A DNA stretch of 63,998 nucleotides, filler included, from Sanchytrium tribonematis (taxonomy: Eukaryota), in the NCBI GenBank assembly GCA_018985235.1. It is 14 parts of 14 records of this genome, joined end to end, with 100 filler letters (N's around TTAATTAATTAA, not from the genome) between each part and the next. Parts side by side here need not be neighbours in the genome. Positions count along the whole stretch, not along the records: positions 32,490 to 51,134 come from JADGIG010000109.1; positions 51,235 to 53,402 come from JADGIG010001108.1; positions 53,503 to 55,660 come from JADGIG010001109.1; positions 55,761 to 57,918 come from JADGIG010001110.1; 10 more parts are not named here. One strand, 5' to 3'. The notes beneath the pieces are model-generated. The model was not told the origin of the DNA, searched no databases, and was given only the letters and a program-made list of their open reading frames with translations. The position numbers were made by a program, and so were the translations under genes. Of the stretch, positions 46,013-57,008 are shown one piece after another. How positions within the stretch are numbered: position 1 is the stretch's first letter; each line of letters starts with the position of its first letter.

Positions 46013-47044
46013 ATGACCGACGCTAAACGAAAAATTTTAACTCTCTCTGATTTAGAAAGATTCAAGGCTTCAAAAGATTACGAAGAATATGTCTCTTTCG
46101 TAGAGTTGGCGTCATCTGCAATTATTGGCAAAAAATTGACTGATCAATTTAAACTGTCACAATTTTTGCAGGAAATTGTTACTTTATTGGACAATATCGA
46201 AAATCTGATTAAACAAGCACCGCCCATAGAACATGATTCAAGATTCGGAAATCCTCAATTTCGATTTTTTTATGACCTACTAGGACAAAATTTAGTGGAA
46301 TGGCTCCACTTTATACCCAAAGAACACAGGATAGAATTGTCTACCTATTTATCTCAATCTTTTGGTCATCGCCAAAGGATTGATTATGGAACTGGTCACG
46401 AAACTAATTTTTTTGTATTTTTATACTGTTGCTATAAATTGGAATTAATTTTGCCTGAGGATCTGGATGCCATGATTCTTGTTGTATTTCAAAAATATCT
46501 CATGCTCATGAGAAATTTGCAAATTTCTTATTTGTTGGAACCAGCCGGTTCACATGGTTTGTGGGGTTTGGATGATTATTCGATGTTGCCATTTTTGTTT
46601 GGAGCTGCTCAATTACGCACCCATAAACATATCAAACCCAAGTCTATCCACAATCCTGAAACTGTGAATCATTTTTTTAAAGACTATATGTATTTAGGAT
46701 GTATCAAATTTATCAACGAAATCAAGACCGTTTCTCTCAAGTGGCATTCTCCAATGCTGAATGATATATCAGGAGTAAAACAATGGTCAAAAGTGCACGA
46801 GGGTATGATTAAAATGTACAAAGGAGAAGTATTAGGAAAACTTCCTGTGATGCAGCATTTTTTGTTTGGATCCTTCATAACTTTCGACGGCGCAATTATC
46901 GAGGATGACAAAGCATTCGACGGACATCAGCATGTATATGCCATGGGTCAGATGTTCCCGGATTGCTGCGGAATGCGCATCCCAAGCTCTATTGCTGCAT
47001 CAGGTTTGGCGTACAAAGACAAAAAGGACCTTCCGTTTGATTAA
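46013..47044 (+). CDS. RRD2: PP2A phosphatase activator (PTPA/Rrd2)
   Basis: SRFGNP, RIDYGTGHE, LEPAGSHGLWGLDDY, HSPML.DISGVK. Confidence 0.92.
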   Translation: MTDAKRKILTLSDLERFKASKDYEEYVSFVELASSAIIGKKLTDQFKLSQFLQEIVTLLDNIENLIKQAPPIEHDSRFGNPQFRFFYDLLGQNLVEWLHFIPKEHRIELSTYLSQSFGHRQRIDYGTGHETNFFVFLYCCYKLELILPEDLDAMILVVFQKYLMLMRNLQISYLLEPAGSHGLWGLDDYSMLPFLFGAAQLRTHKHIKPKSIHNPETVNHFFKDYMYLGCIKFINEIKTVSLKWHSPMLNDISGVKQWSKVHEGMIKMYKGEVLGKLPVMQHFLFGSFITFDGAIIEDDKAFDGHQHVYAMGQMFPDCCGMRIPSSIAASGLAYKDKKDLPFD

Positions 47045-47050
47045 TAAAGT

Positions 47051-47413
47051 TTATTCATTACCAAACAAAGCGTTAACTCTTTTCAAAACTGAGTCCTTTG
47101 AAGGATCGTAAGGGTGATCTTTACTTGGCATCTCTAAGACGGAAGGGTAAGCTTGATGATAGTCATCTAATAAGTGCCTGATTTTGTTTGCAATGTGTTG
47201 GTTGATCAACAGAATCGCTATGTCCTTTCTGGTTGTATATTCTGCGAATGCCTGCTCGATTTGAGATTGAGTCGTCTTATTATCAACAGTCAAGAAATTT
47301 GATCTTTGTTTACTGTCAACGTGACCTACTCCGGCTAGAAGCAAACCTGTTATGGTATCTTCATCTCCAATTACAGATATGATAGTTCGTTGAGAGGCAC
47401 CAGTTTTGTCCAT
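47051..47413 (-). CDS. VMA7: V-ATPase subunit F
   Basis: [34 protein letters not shown]. Confidence 0.96.
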   Translation of the reverse strand: MDKTGASQRTIISVIGDEDTITGLLLAGVGHVDSKQRSNFLTVDNKTTQSQIEQAFAEYTTRKDIAILLINQHIANKIRHLLDDYHQAYPSVLEMPSKDHPYDPSKDSVLKRVNALFGNE

Positions 47414-47466
47414 TTGCAAATTTTTTGCGTTTTAAATCTACCCCAAAATATATAAAAGGCCAAAAC

Positions 47467-47724
47467 ATGAACACTGAAAACCAAAATCAAGCTTTCACCC
47501 AAACAGGATTTGCAGTTATTAAAAAACCCAAATTCCATGAGAGACTTGCCACTCCAAAAAAACAGGCCTCCTTGTTGGACATTGAGAACAAGTTGGAAAA
47601 AGCAAAGGCTCGAAAATTTAAAAGACGATCATTTTTGCCTCCCAGATCTAAAGTATCAAAACCCACTCGCTTGGATTCAGTAGTGGGGTATGAAGGTATT
47701 CAAAATGCAGAATTTGCCCAATAA
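47467..47724 (+). CDS. Small basic hypothetical protein
   Basis: ATG ORF with stathmin-like SLLDIENKLEKAKARK; stop in AATAAA. Confidence 0.5.
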   Translation: MNTENQNQAFTQTGFAVIKKPKFHERLATPKKQASLLDIENKLEKAKARKFKRRSFLPPRSKVSKPTRLDSVVGYEGIQNAEFAQ

Positions 47725-47770
47725 ATTTATTTTTATTTAATAATTCAGTGACAATTATAATATAAAGATG

Positions 47771-48727
47771 TTATTCTTGTTGCTCTTTACCCCAGTCTAC
47801 CTTAATTGGCCTTCCATTCAGCATTTTTCCATTTAAAGCAAATATGGTTTTCGCTGCAGACTCATGGTTTTGTAATTTCGCAAAAGCCATTCCAGTGTCG
47901 CTATTAAATCGAAATTCCTGTAATTTACCATACTCTAGTACCATTTTTTGAAGTTCCGCTTGCTTAACGAGTGAACTGACATTGCCAATATAAATAGATT
48001 TGTGCCATTCTGGGGTCTTTTTGAGAATTTCTTCATAATTCGCAGAGGTCGAATACGAATTAATCAAGTGAATATTTCGATTCTGATCATTTTGTTGAGT
48101 CTTCTGGTTTGCCCAGTTGACGCGAAGAAATCTGTTACCAAGCTGTTGACCATTCATTTCCGCAATTGCTTTTTCGGCGTCACTTTTCTCACGAAACGCA
48201 ATAAAACCATAACCTCGACTTCTAGCGGTGTTGGGATCCACCATGATCCTTGCGTCGCTAAGACTTGGGTATTTGTTGAATACCTCTCGCAACATTTCGT
48301 CATCAACTTCGTTTGATAAGTCACCTACAAATACGTGACTATGTGTACTAGTGTCTTGCTTAGGTAGGGATACAGTACCTTGGGATGCATATTGTACTTT
48401 CATAGCTTTTCCATATAAATATATTCCATTCAACAATATGTGAACAGAATCGGCAGCGTTTCGATCCGGTAGTTCCACAATTCCTATATTCGAATGGCCA
48501 GCAACGCTTCGATCAGCTATCACCTTCACGCTTATGACAGGTACCATAACAGCGATGATGCTATGCAGTAAGACATCTGTAACTTTTGTATCTAGATTAC
48601 TGATGTACACTGCCCGACATGTATCTTGTTTATTGGTAGGTGGCTCGTAAATTTGGCGAAGTTCAGTCCATAGTTCAGGCGGCACAATTGTATGTGGAGC
48701 GGTGATTGCAATTGGTAATTTATTCAT
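47771..48727 (-). CDS. PUB1: Pub1/TIA-1 family triple-RRM RNA-binding protein
   Basis: HVFVGDLSNEV, SDARIM.D..T.RSRGYGF, LRVNWA, third RRM ending WGK. Confidence 0.85.
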   Translation of the reverse strand: MNKLPIAITAPHTIVPPELWTELRQIYEPPTNKQDTCRAVYISNLDTKVTDVLLHSIIAVMVPVISVKVIADRSVAGHSNIGIVELPDRNAADSVHILLNGIYLYGKAMKVQYASQGTVSLPKQDTSTHSHVFVGDLSNEVDDEMLREVFNKYPSLSDARIMVDPNTARSRGYGFIAFREKSDAEKAIAEMNGQQLGNRFLRVNWANQKTQQNDQNRNIHLINSYSTSANYEEILKKTPEWHKSIYIGNVSSLVKQAELQKMVLEYGKLQEFRFNSDTGMAFAKLQNHESAAKTIFALNGKMLNGRPIKVDWGKEQQE

Positions 48728-48748
48728 TTAAAATTTGATACAAGGAGA

Positions 48749-49991
48749 ATGACTATTCCGTTTTCTAATATTTTAATTGAGGCCAGCAAATATCCAGACT
48801 TAGAAACTAAAAATATTAAAAAATTCACCAAACTACTTAAATATTTGTACCCCGAAGCCTCCATTACTTTAAACAAAAAAGGGACAAGTAAGGTCAAGTT
48901 TTACGATTTTCAAATCATAATTCTCCTTAATCCGCAAAGCGTTCTTAGCAATGACGAAATATCTCAATTCCAAGAATATGTTAAAAACAAAGGAAATCTA
49001 ATTCTTTTCGTAAATCATTCAAATTCTACTGTTTTGCAGAATTTAAATTTCTTGCTAGAATCATTTCACATGAGTATCAATAATGATCAGGTTATTAGAA
49101 CTTCTTACAAAAAAGGATACTATCATCCCAAATGTGCTTTTATAAAAGAGGGTGTTTTAAATCGGTCCATTTCTCACCATTATAAACTGGAAAAGAATGA
49201 ATTTCATATACTTTATCCATTTGGGCACACTATTAATTGTAATTATCCATCAATTCCATTACTTGGAACAGGAATGCAATGCTATCCCGTCAATCGACCA
49301 GTTGCGGCTCTATATGACAATTCACAAAGTAAAGTTTTTGTATGTGGTTGTTTTCAATTAATCACAGACAAATATTTTGATTCTTTAGAAAATTCGAAAT
49401 TTATCGAATACGTCTTGCTCTTTTTAAAAGGCGACTTAAAATTAGATGAGTTGGATGTCCGAGAATCTGGAATTAATGAATATCATCATGTCAGCGAGAT
49501 CAATGAACTTGCAAATCAGCTACAATACGGAATAGAAGAATGTGATACATTAGAGACTGACATGAAAAAATTGCATGTCAAGGAAGTGTATCATCTATCC
49601 ACTAAATCTTATTCAGTCCTACGACAAGTATACGAAAATTTACAAATACCACTAGAACCGTTAATATTAATACCACCTGAATTTTTGACACCACTTCCCA
49701 CACTTAAAATGGCTTACTTCCCACCAGTGATGCGTACCGGTCCTTCTGCTCCATTGGAACTTTTTGATTTAGATGAGCATTGCGCTTCTGAGCGGGAAAG
49801 GCTAGGAATGACGGTCAACAAATGTATTTTATTTTGATGTAGGCAAGGATGATGACTTGGATTATTTTATTGTAGAGTCAGGAAGAATTCTAGACATAAA
49901 TCTCAAAACCCCCAAAGAGGTACTGTCACATGTTTTACTCAAGTGCTTAAAATGGAAAATGTTGGATCCTAGTCGATTCAAAGAAGAGTAA
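48749..49991 (+). CDS. IFT52: Intraflagellar transport protein 52; join(48749..49823,49843..49991)
   Basis: YYHPK, GVLNR, CYPVNRP, LIPPEF.TPLP.L, LELFDLDE..SE; NK|CKDDDLDYFI restored by intron. Confidence 0.9.
49824..49842 (+). other. 19-nt GT-AG intron GTATTTTATTTTGATGTAG (phase 1)
   Basis: Adds the conserved IFT52 C-terminal segment. Confidence 0.92.
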
Positions 49992-49993
49992 AT

Positions 49994-51064
49994 TTAATCC
50001 TTTCTACTTCTAATGAGTTTCGACATTCTAATAGCATTGTATAATCCAACTGTAGCAGCAACTCCCACACTGAAGTAAGATACTTGCCAAAACGCACTTG
50101 CGGACTCTTCTAGACCGCTTAACAAATTCATTCCGAACAAAGTCGAAAATAAAGCGCCTGTAGAAGATGCTGCAGAAAGAATCGTAAGTTTTAATTCCAA
50201 CACTATCAAGTCGTTTCTCTCACTGTCCAAAGTTATGTTTACTATTCCTTCCGTTGTTGCAACTTGTTTCTGCAATTCATTAGTAAGCTGCATGATTTCT
50301 TCAATTCTTGAAACGTAGTTTTCTAACAAAAGCTCTATTTCAGTGTGGTTATTGTCACCAACTCGTACACGGCTGTACTTATCGGGATGAACCTTTTTTT
50401 CTGTCAAATGCAACTCTGTTAAATCTTCATCGGACTCTAACAGTTCGTTTAAAGATCTGCTAAATGGTTCTAATTTTTGCATAAATGAGTTTAATTCTTT
50501 TGAATATTGTAACAAACTCATCAAGTCGCGGCGACTAATTTTGTTTTTATGTTGAAAGTTATCCAAAATTATTTCAACAGGCATTGACATCTTTCTAAGT
50601 TCATCTTGCAATTCACTTACATACGATTCCAGCATTACTTCCATTACTTTAAATTCATATGGCAGAGCATCAGAGGGGTCAGCGAGCTTAGTTTCCAAAT
50701 TAAACATAAGTTGGCTTAATTTTTCCAATTCTGATTGCTGTTGAGGCTCAAATAAAAGCATTCTATTATTACTTACAACAGCCTTTATAGTCTCTAGGGA
50801 TATAATGATAGCTTCTTCTCTCACGGCAAGACTTGGAAAAGTCTTAATTCTTGAGTCCACTTTTCTCAAGTCTCTTGGTTGGAGTCCAAAACTCGCACAA
50901 AGGTCCAACTTATTGGATTGCATATTACTCTTTTTACCACTATCGTTCAATTCAGTACACTTTAAATTGAATTGTGGCTTACTAGGCTGTGAGGCATATC
51001 GCTTTGAGTTTGAACGAGAGGTTATGAACCTCTTTTGACTTTTCATTAAATTTAATAACATCAT
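49994..51064 (-). CDS. MRS2: Mitochondrial Mg2+ channel (CorA/Mrs2)
   Basis: GLQPRDLRK, LPYEF, ELLLENY, LDSERN, FGMN. Confidence 0.92.
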   Translation of the reverse strand: MMLLNLMKSQKRFITSRSNSKRYASQPSKPQFNLKCTELNDSGKKSNMQSNKLDLCASFGLQPRDLRKVDSRIKTFPSLAVREEAIIISLETIKAVVSNNRMLLFEPQQQSELEKLSQLMFNLETKLADPSDALPYEFKVMEVMLESYVSELQDELRKMSMPVEIILDNFQHKNKISRRDLMSLLQYSKELNSFMQKLEPFSRSLNELLESDEDLTELHLTEKKVHPDKYSRVRVGDNNHTEIELLLENYVSRIEEIMQLTNELQKQVATTEGIVNITLDSERNDLIVLELKLTILSAASSTGALFSTLFGMNLLSGLEESASAFWQVSYFSVGVAATVGLYNAIRMSKLIRSRKD

Positions 51065-51234
51065 TATGTGACAAAGTTTTACAAAATTTATTTCACACTT
51101 TCTTGTTTAATTTGAAAATTCTTGTTTCCGATCGNNNNNNNNNNNNNNNNNNNNNNNNNNNNNNNNNNNNNNNNNNNNTTAATTAATTAANNNNNNNNNN
51201 NNNNNNNNNNNNNNNNNNNNNNNNNNNNNNNNNN

Positions 51235-51959
51235 GGCCATGTAGTCATTAATACACCACTCAATAGATTATCTGTGAGTGAATAATATTGGATTTGATTT
51301 GGGACATGGGTGATAATGCCAGTTAACAAGTTACTTTCCAATGAAACAGAAATTAATGAATCTGGTAAATAATTCACTTCTCCGTTGAATTGGTTATTAA
51401 ATCCTTGTAATTGAGTTAATCCAGATGGCAATGATGGAAAACTACCAGTAAATGCATTGTAAGATAAATACAATTCTGTCAATCCAGGTGGCAACACAGG
51501 AATAGAAGCATTTAAATTGTAATTTGCAGTCAAATCTAGAAATGTCAAACTAGTTGGTAATGTACTTGGAATAGATCCGTATAATCTATTTGAATTCAAA
51601 TCAAGGATGCTAATGGTATTGGGTAAATTAGATGGGATTTTAGTGGATAATTGAAAATTAGCAGTCACCATGAGTCTTGTAACGCCTTTTGGGATACTAG
51701 ATACATTAAACACCCCATTAATATTTAAATTAATCACTTGAATGGCAGTGACAGCACCAGAAGTACAAAATATACCTATTTTACTGAGTGGTGTCAAATA
51801 TGGGGTAAATGTGCTGGTACTTTGGTAATTACAACAAATTTGAGGTATTTTATTGAATTCTGATGTATCTGTGATATGCATCTTTAATGATTTGAAGAAT
51901 GTCATGGTTGAACTACAATCTGTAGCATGTAAAATGAAAAACAAGATGAATGAAAACAT
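51235..51959 (-). CDS. Secreted LRR protein, 3' truncated
   Basis: Signal peptide, DC..CC..C N-cap, LDLxxNxLxG repeats. Confidence 0.85.
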
Positions 51960-52017
51960 TTCAAGTTTCGTGATTGATATATTTCAAGCCACAAATCTCG
52001 ACGACATTTATTGACAA

Positions 52018-53402
52018 TCAATTTATTGAAATATCAAATGACTTGTTCATAGTACTTTTAGATACTTTTGTTTTTCTCCTTTTCAAGGTGAAAGTATCAG
52101 TGAGCACATAAACAATTAATCCCAAACTGATAAATATTCTAGCAAACACTGGTACGCTAATAGTTAATTCAATTGGGGATATATTGGCACTCCATTTTTC
52201 AAAAATCATTGAAACACTGCTTGAGCTTGAAGAAATTGGCTCTGTTTCTGGTTCTAATGAGAAATCAGTTGTATATTCTACAAATGATGTCGATTTAGCA
52301 ACAAATACAGGACCTATATGAGTCAAATGAACGTGTCACAATGGCGATTTCAGGTGGTTTCACACTTTTAATTGTAGATTCTGCAATAATTATACTTGTC
52401 TGACTTTGTGAAATGCTTTTTACAGTACTATTTACAATGATACTTAGATTATTTGCACAAATATACCCTGTATTCGCAAATAATTTAGTTTTTGTGCAAA
52501 TGGATGGTAATTGATCTAATCCAACTGCATTTAACAATGGATTATTATCTAATTCACAATCAGTTAATGTAGAATTATCAATAATAGTCACGTTTGTAAT
52601 CAAATTGCCAAAAATAGCCAAACTTATTGGTTTTTGAAACACTATAGGACCTCGAAATTGATTTCTAAACATATAACATGTTGTACATCCTACCACTACA
52701 TCAAAACAACCAGTAAATGGATTGTCATTGATATACAAAGTAGGAACTTGCAGGAATGACTGTGGAAATACCCCTGTCAATAAATTATAATCCAACGACA
52801 AGAAATCTAATTTATCAGGTAAATCAGCTGTAATTTCACCAGACATGAGATTATAACTAACGGAGAAATAGTAAACATGACGGGTGATGCGATCAAGGGT
52901 ACCATTGAATGAATTTACATCCAGTATCACTTGTTTTAAAGTATCTGGCAAATGATTGATTGATCCTGTTAATTGATTACAATACACTAATAAATACTGC
53001 AATCCACTTGGTAAATCATTTGGGATATCCCCACTTAAATCATTATAGTCTAAATACAATTTAATCAAATTAGGTGGCATTTTAGGGATATTTCCAGTCA
53101 AATGATTGTTACTAAATGATAATTGAGTCAAATTAATTGGTAATGTAGTCGGAATGGGTCCATATAAACTATTACCGCCTAAATCAAGATAATCTAATGA
53201 ATCTGGCAAATCATTTGGTACCAAAGTAGTTAATTGAAGATTTGAAGAAATAATTAAATTTTTAATATTTTTGGGTAAACTGGTTGAATTAATAAACCCG
53301 TTAATATTTAGATTGATTACTTGTATTGTAGTGACTTGTGTAGCTGTGCAATTGATTACTATATCATGATAGGGTGTGTCATATGGCGTATAAATGCTAT
53401 TA
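52018..53402 (-). CDS. Membrane-anchored LRR protein, 5' truncated; intron 52314..52332
   Basis: LRRs, C-cap, S/T stalk; intron joins C-terminal TM exon. Confidence 0.85.
52314..52332 (-). other. 19-nt GT-AG intron GTTCATTTGACTCATATAG (phase 1)
   Basis: IVTR|PVFV joins two ORFs; same context as intron 23725..23743. Confidence 0.9.
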
Positions 53403-53502
53403 NNNNNNNNNNNNNNNNNNNNNNNNNNNNNNNNNNNNNNNNNNNNTTAATTAATTAANNNNNNNNNNNNNNNNNNNNNNNNNNNNNNNNNNNNNNNNNN
53501 NN

Positions 53503-55660
53503 ACAACTCCATTAAGCTGAATGACTTTACCGCGAGGATCCCCGATCATTTAAACATCTGTAAAAGTGAGGGAATTAAAACCATAGTATTTGAGATTATT
53601 CCCTTTAACACATTCACTGATCCACAAATGAATTCTTACCATTCTATGGTTAAACAATTAAGCGAAGAGGGAATTCACAAACTATATAAGCAAATTGGTG
53701 AATATGAAAGTTGTAGAATAATTGGTTGTAATAGTGAAGAAGTAATACCATTACCTTTGACAAAGTCATTAGGAGTACGTGTTAAGACAGCAAATGGTGT
53801 GAAATTATCAAATGTCATTCACGGAAGAAGTGGGAAATTGTGGGGAAAAGACAATGTGGAGAAGCCAAATGATCCACCACAGGTCAGAACAGTGGGTGTC
53901 ATGTTGGGTGATAGGCTGACAAAGGTCTACAATAAGTCATTTGAGACATTTCTGAAGAAAAATCCCGATGTGTTTGCGATAACAAGAAGTCAGACACAAG
54001 ACACTGAGATGCAAGATGTGAGTGATTCACAGTTGACTGATGTGGGTATATTGAATGATTTACCAGAGGAGATTCTTGATGGGCATTCTAATCATTTTAT
54101 GGACCAGCTTCATCATTTAGAACCCGCTGATTTACCTAGTGAACATGAGGAAGATAAGCATCACCTTGATTGGAATTGGGAAAGCACACTGTATGTTTTA
54201 CCAGGTATCACGAAAAATGAATTTTTGAATCAACAATTGAATTGTGGGATTGGATTTGACTTTGCGGTTGAGATCTACAACAAACAATCTAAAGAAGAAA
54301 TAAAGGAGGAAATGAAACGGCAAAACCATGATCTGCTGTTGATGAATAGAAGAATTTATGTTCCACCGTGCTATCGGTCAATTTGTTTATATTATGCCCA
54401 TAATGATTTAATGTCTATGCACCAGGGATCTACTAAAATGATTAAGCAATTGGAAGGATATTACTGGAAGAATATGATTCTAGATATCAAATCATATTGC
54501 AAGACGTGTATTTGGTGTGCAGGGTATAAGAATATTCCACATTATAAAAAAATTATGGCTAGAACTCCACCAAGGGCACCTGGCGTTGAAATGTCAATGG
54601 ATGTACTCTATTTGGTACCGGAAGAGACCTCAACAGGCAATATGATTGCCAATGTTCTTATTTTGGCAGACACATTTAGTGGTTTTGTTGCTATGGAAGA
54701 GCTAGAAGATTTAACAAGCGAGTCAATTAACCAGGCATTAATTAAGGTATTTAGTTATTTACAAGTTCCGGAAAGGATAATCACAGATATGGCATCCTAT
54801 TTTGTCAAATCAGAGGCATTTATTCAAAAACTGGCTATCAAGGTAAATCAGAAGCTAGAAGTTCATTTTGGAACCCCTCATGTTCACAGATCAAACCCAG
54901 TTGAGCGTAGTAATCGCACTGTATTGGATATGATGAAGGCAGTATGTAAATATACACAGGATGGGGATCTTAGGGCAATGAGCTGGAGAGACGTACTAAA
55001 ATATGCTCAACTTGCAATCAATCACTCAATGATTGACGTGTTGAGATTGTCTCCTTTTGAGATTCATCACCCATGGAGAATCTCACTGAATAATAATCAA
55101 GATAAATTCTGTAGTGACACGGAATTTCAATACATTCAATCAATTGTAAAAGAAAAAACAATTGAAATTGAGAAATTAAAGATTATAAAATATTGTGGAA
55201 GAATTAAAAGAATAGCTGAAAGAAATGGTGTTTATAGCCCCTTTTATAATTTAAATGTAAACGATTTGGTTTTATATGGCACAGGAGGTACATCAGGGAA
55301 GATGTTCTGTAATTGGACAGGGCCCTTTATAGTCAAGAAAATTGAAGATCAATATGTAGTTATTGAACACGTATTGAATCAGAATTATAAGATAAAAACA
55401 ACAAAAGCATTGTTGAAAAAGGTGAGAAGTGCGGAATTTTCCGATTTGAATGGTAAAATTGGAAGTTTGCAGTCTCGATCTGTCAATCAAATTCAAGGAG
55501 AGATGTGCAGGATGATTCGTATTGAATTAGAATCACAGGATCCTGTTTGTGTTTCTGGTGATACTTCAAGTGTTCGGATGTATGACATTGTACCGGTTAC
55601 AGAGAGTACAATGTCAAGTTTAAAAAGGAAAAGAGAAAGCGAGAACACTGCGTAAAATGA
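53503..55660 (+). mobile_element. Ty3/gypsy-type LTR retrotransposon pol fragment (integrase)
   Basis: HHCC zinc finger (YAHND..HQG..CKTCIWC), D-D-E core (SMDV, ITDM, VERSN), GPF motif (WTGPF); no LTR visible. Confidence 0.88.
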
Positions 55661-55901
55661 NNNNNNNNNNNNNNNNNNNNNNNNNNNNNNNNNNNNNNNN
55701 NNNNTTAATTAATTAANNNNNNNNNNNNNNNNNNNNNNNNNNNNNNNNNNNNNNNNNNNNTGAATATTACTCACTAATTTTAATGAAAATACATCATTTT
55801 CAAAATCAACCATCTCAATTTAATGTTTTACGGAGTGATCATTTGACACGCTCGATTCCACTAGATGCAACTCATGCGGGTGACGTCATTATTTATTTGT
55901 T

Positions 55902-56856
55902 TTAGATATAGAATTCAGAAAACTGAATTAATCGAAGCAATAAAGCAGGTGTAGGTCTCCTTTCTGGATCACATTGAAGTAATAATTTAACCATGGCTCT
56001 CATTGCAATGTTTGCATCTATATTTCTCAATGAATTATATTGAATTTTCCTATCTGCCTTGCTTACTTGAATACATTTGACTATCCACCGGCCATCTTTA
56101 AGACGCTTGGAAATTGAAATTTCAAATAATTCAGATACCACTACACCCAATGAGAATAAATCAGACTGTTGTGGATCATTCAGAATCTTCGCATTTATGT
56201 ATTTCTGGTGCTGCCAATTCAGGAGTCCCAGAGTGCGTGGTGCTTTTTTCATTACTATTTGCAGTGGCCCATCCAAAATCAGCTAAAATGGTATTATTTT
56301 TCTTATCAATCATTATATTCTCTGGTTTGATATCCCTATGTGCTATATTTTTAGATTTGAGATAGTTCATTGCATTCAGCAACTGATTAATAATTTTGCA
56401 ATAAATGCGCCTTTGTTTATCAACTTCTTTAAAATAGCTTTTCCATAATGTTAACCTGGCAAATATTCCACCATGTTGTTTTTTAAATTTACGATGCATA
56501 TGAAATAAATCAGTTTCATAGTATGGCATCGTATATTTTGCTGTTGGATAGTCATTTGGTGGAAGGGAATAATTTTCAATTTTAATTATATTTGAATGAT
56601 CTAATGATTTTAGTATCTGAATTTCGTTCTTTAATTTCTTATATTCTGCATCAACTTCATCATGAATGATACTTTGGATTATAAAATTATCATGAATAAA
56701 GTAATGATATGATTTGGTCACTTTATTGCCAATTCTTTCAATTTTTGATAGGGTTTTTGCATAAAATTCCAAATCATCAAATTCATACTTCTTTAACGGG
56801 CTTTGTAGTATTTGACTGTTTGCCATTACGTCAATGAAAAAGAACAATGGGATCAT
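55902..56856 (-). pseudogene. Signal-peptide-bearing Ser/Thr kinase with frameshift near 56175
   Basis: HRDIKPEN, DFG, APE then TGA; DPQQSDLFSLG...CDPERRP continues in another frame; no GT-AG intron fits. Confidence 0.75.
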
Positions 56857-57008
56857 GATGATGGGGAACAATTAGGGGGTATTTGTGCCAAACGAAGTTG
56901 CATTCGAGATCACAGTCACAATTCTACCTCATTTAAGATTTGAAATGTACTACACATCATGTTTTTGTTTATTTTAATAAGCAATTTTTAGTGTTTTCAA
57001 ATATTTTA

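Noticed and set aside
1037..49991. Split ORFs as pseudogenes, programmed frameshifts or stop-codon reassignment
   Set aside because: The splits in conserved genes are resolved by 19-nt GT-AG introns; TAA, TAG and TGA all terminate conserved genes normally
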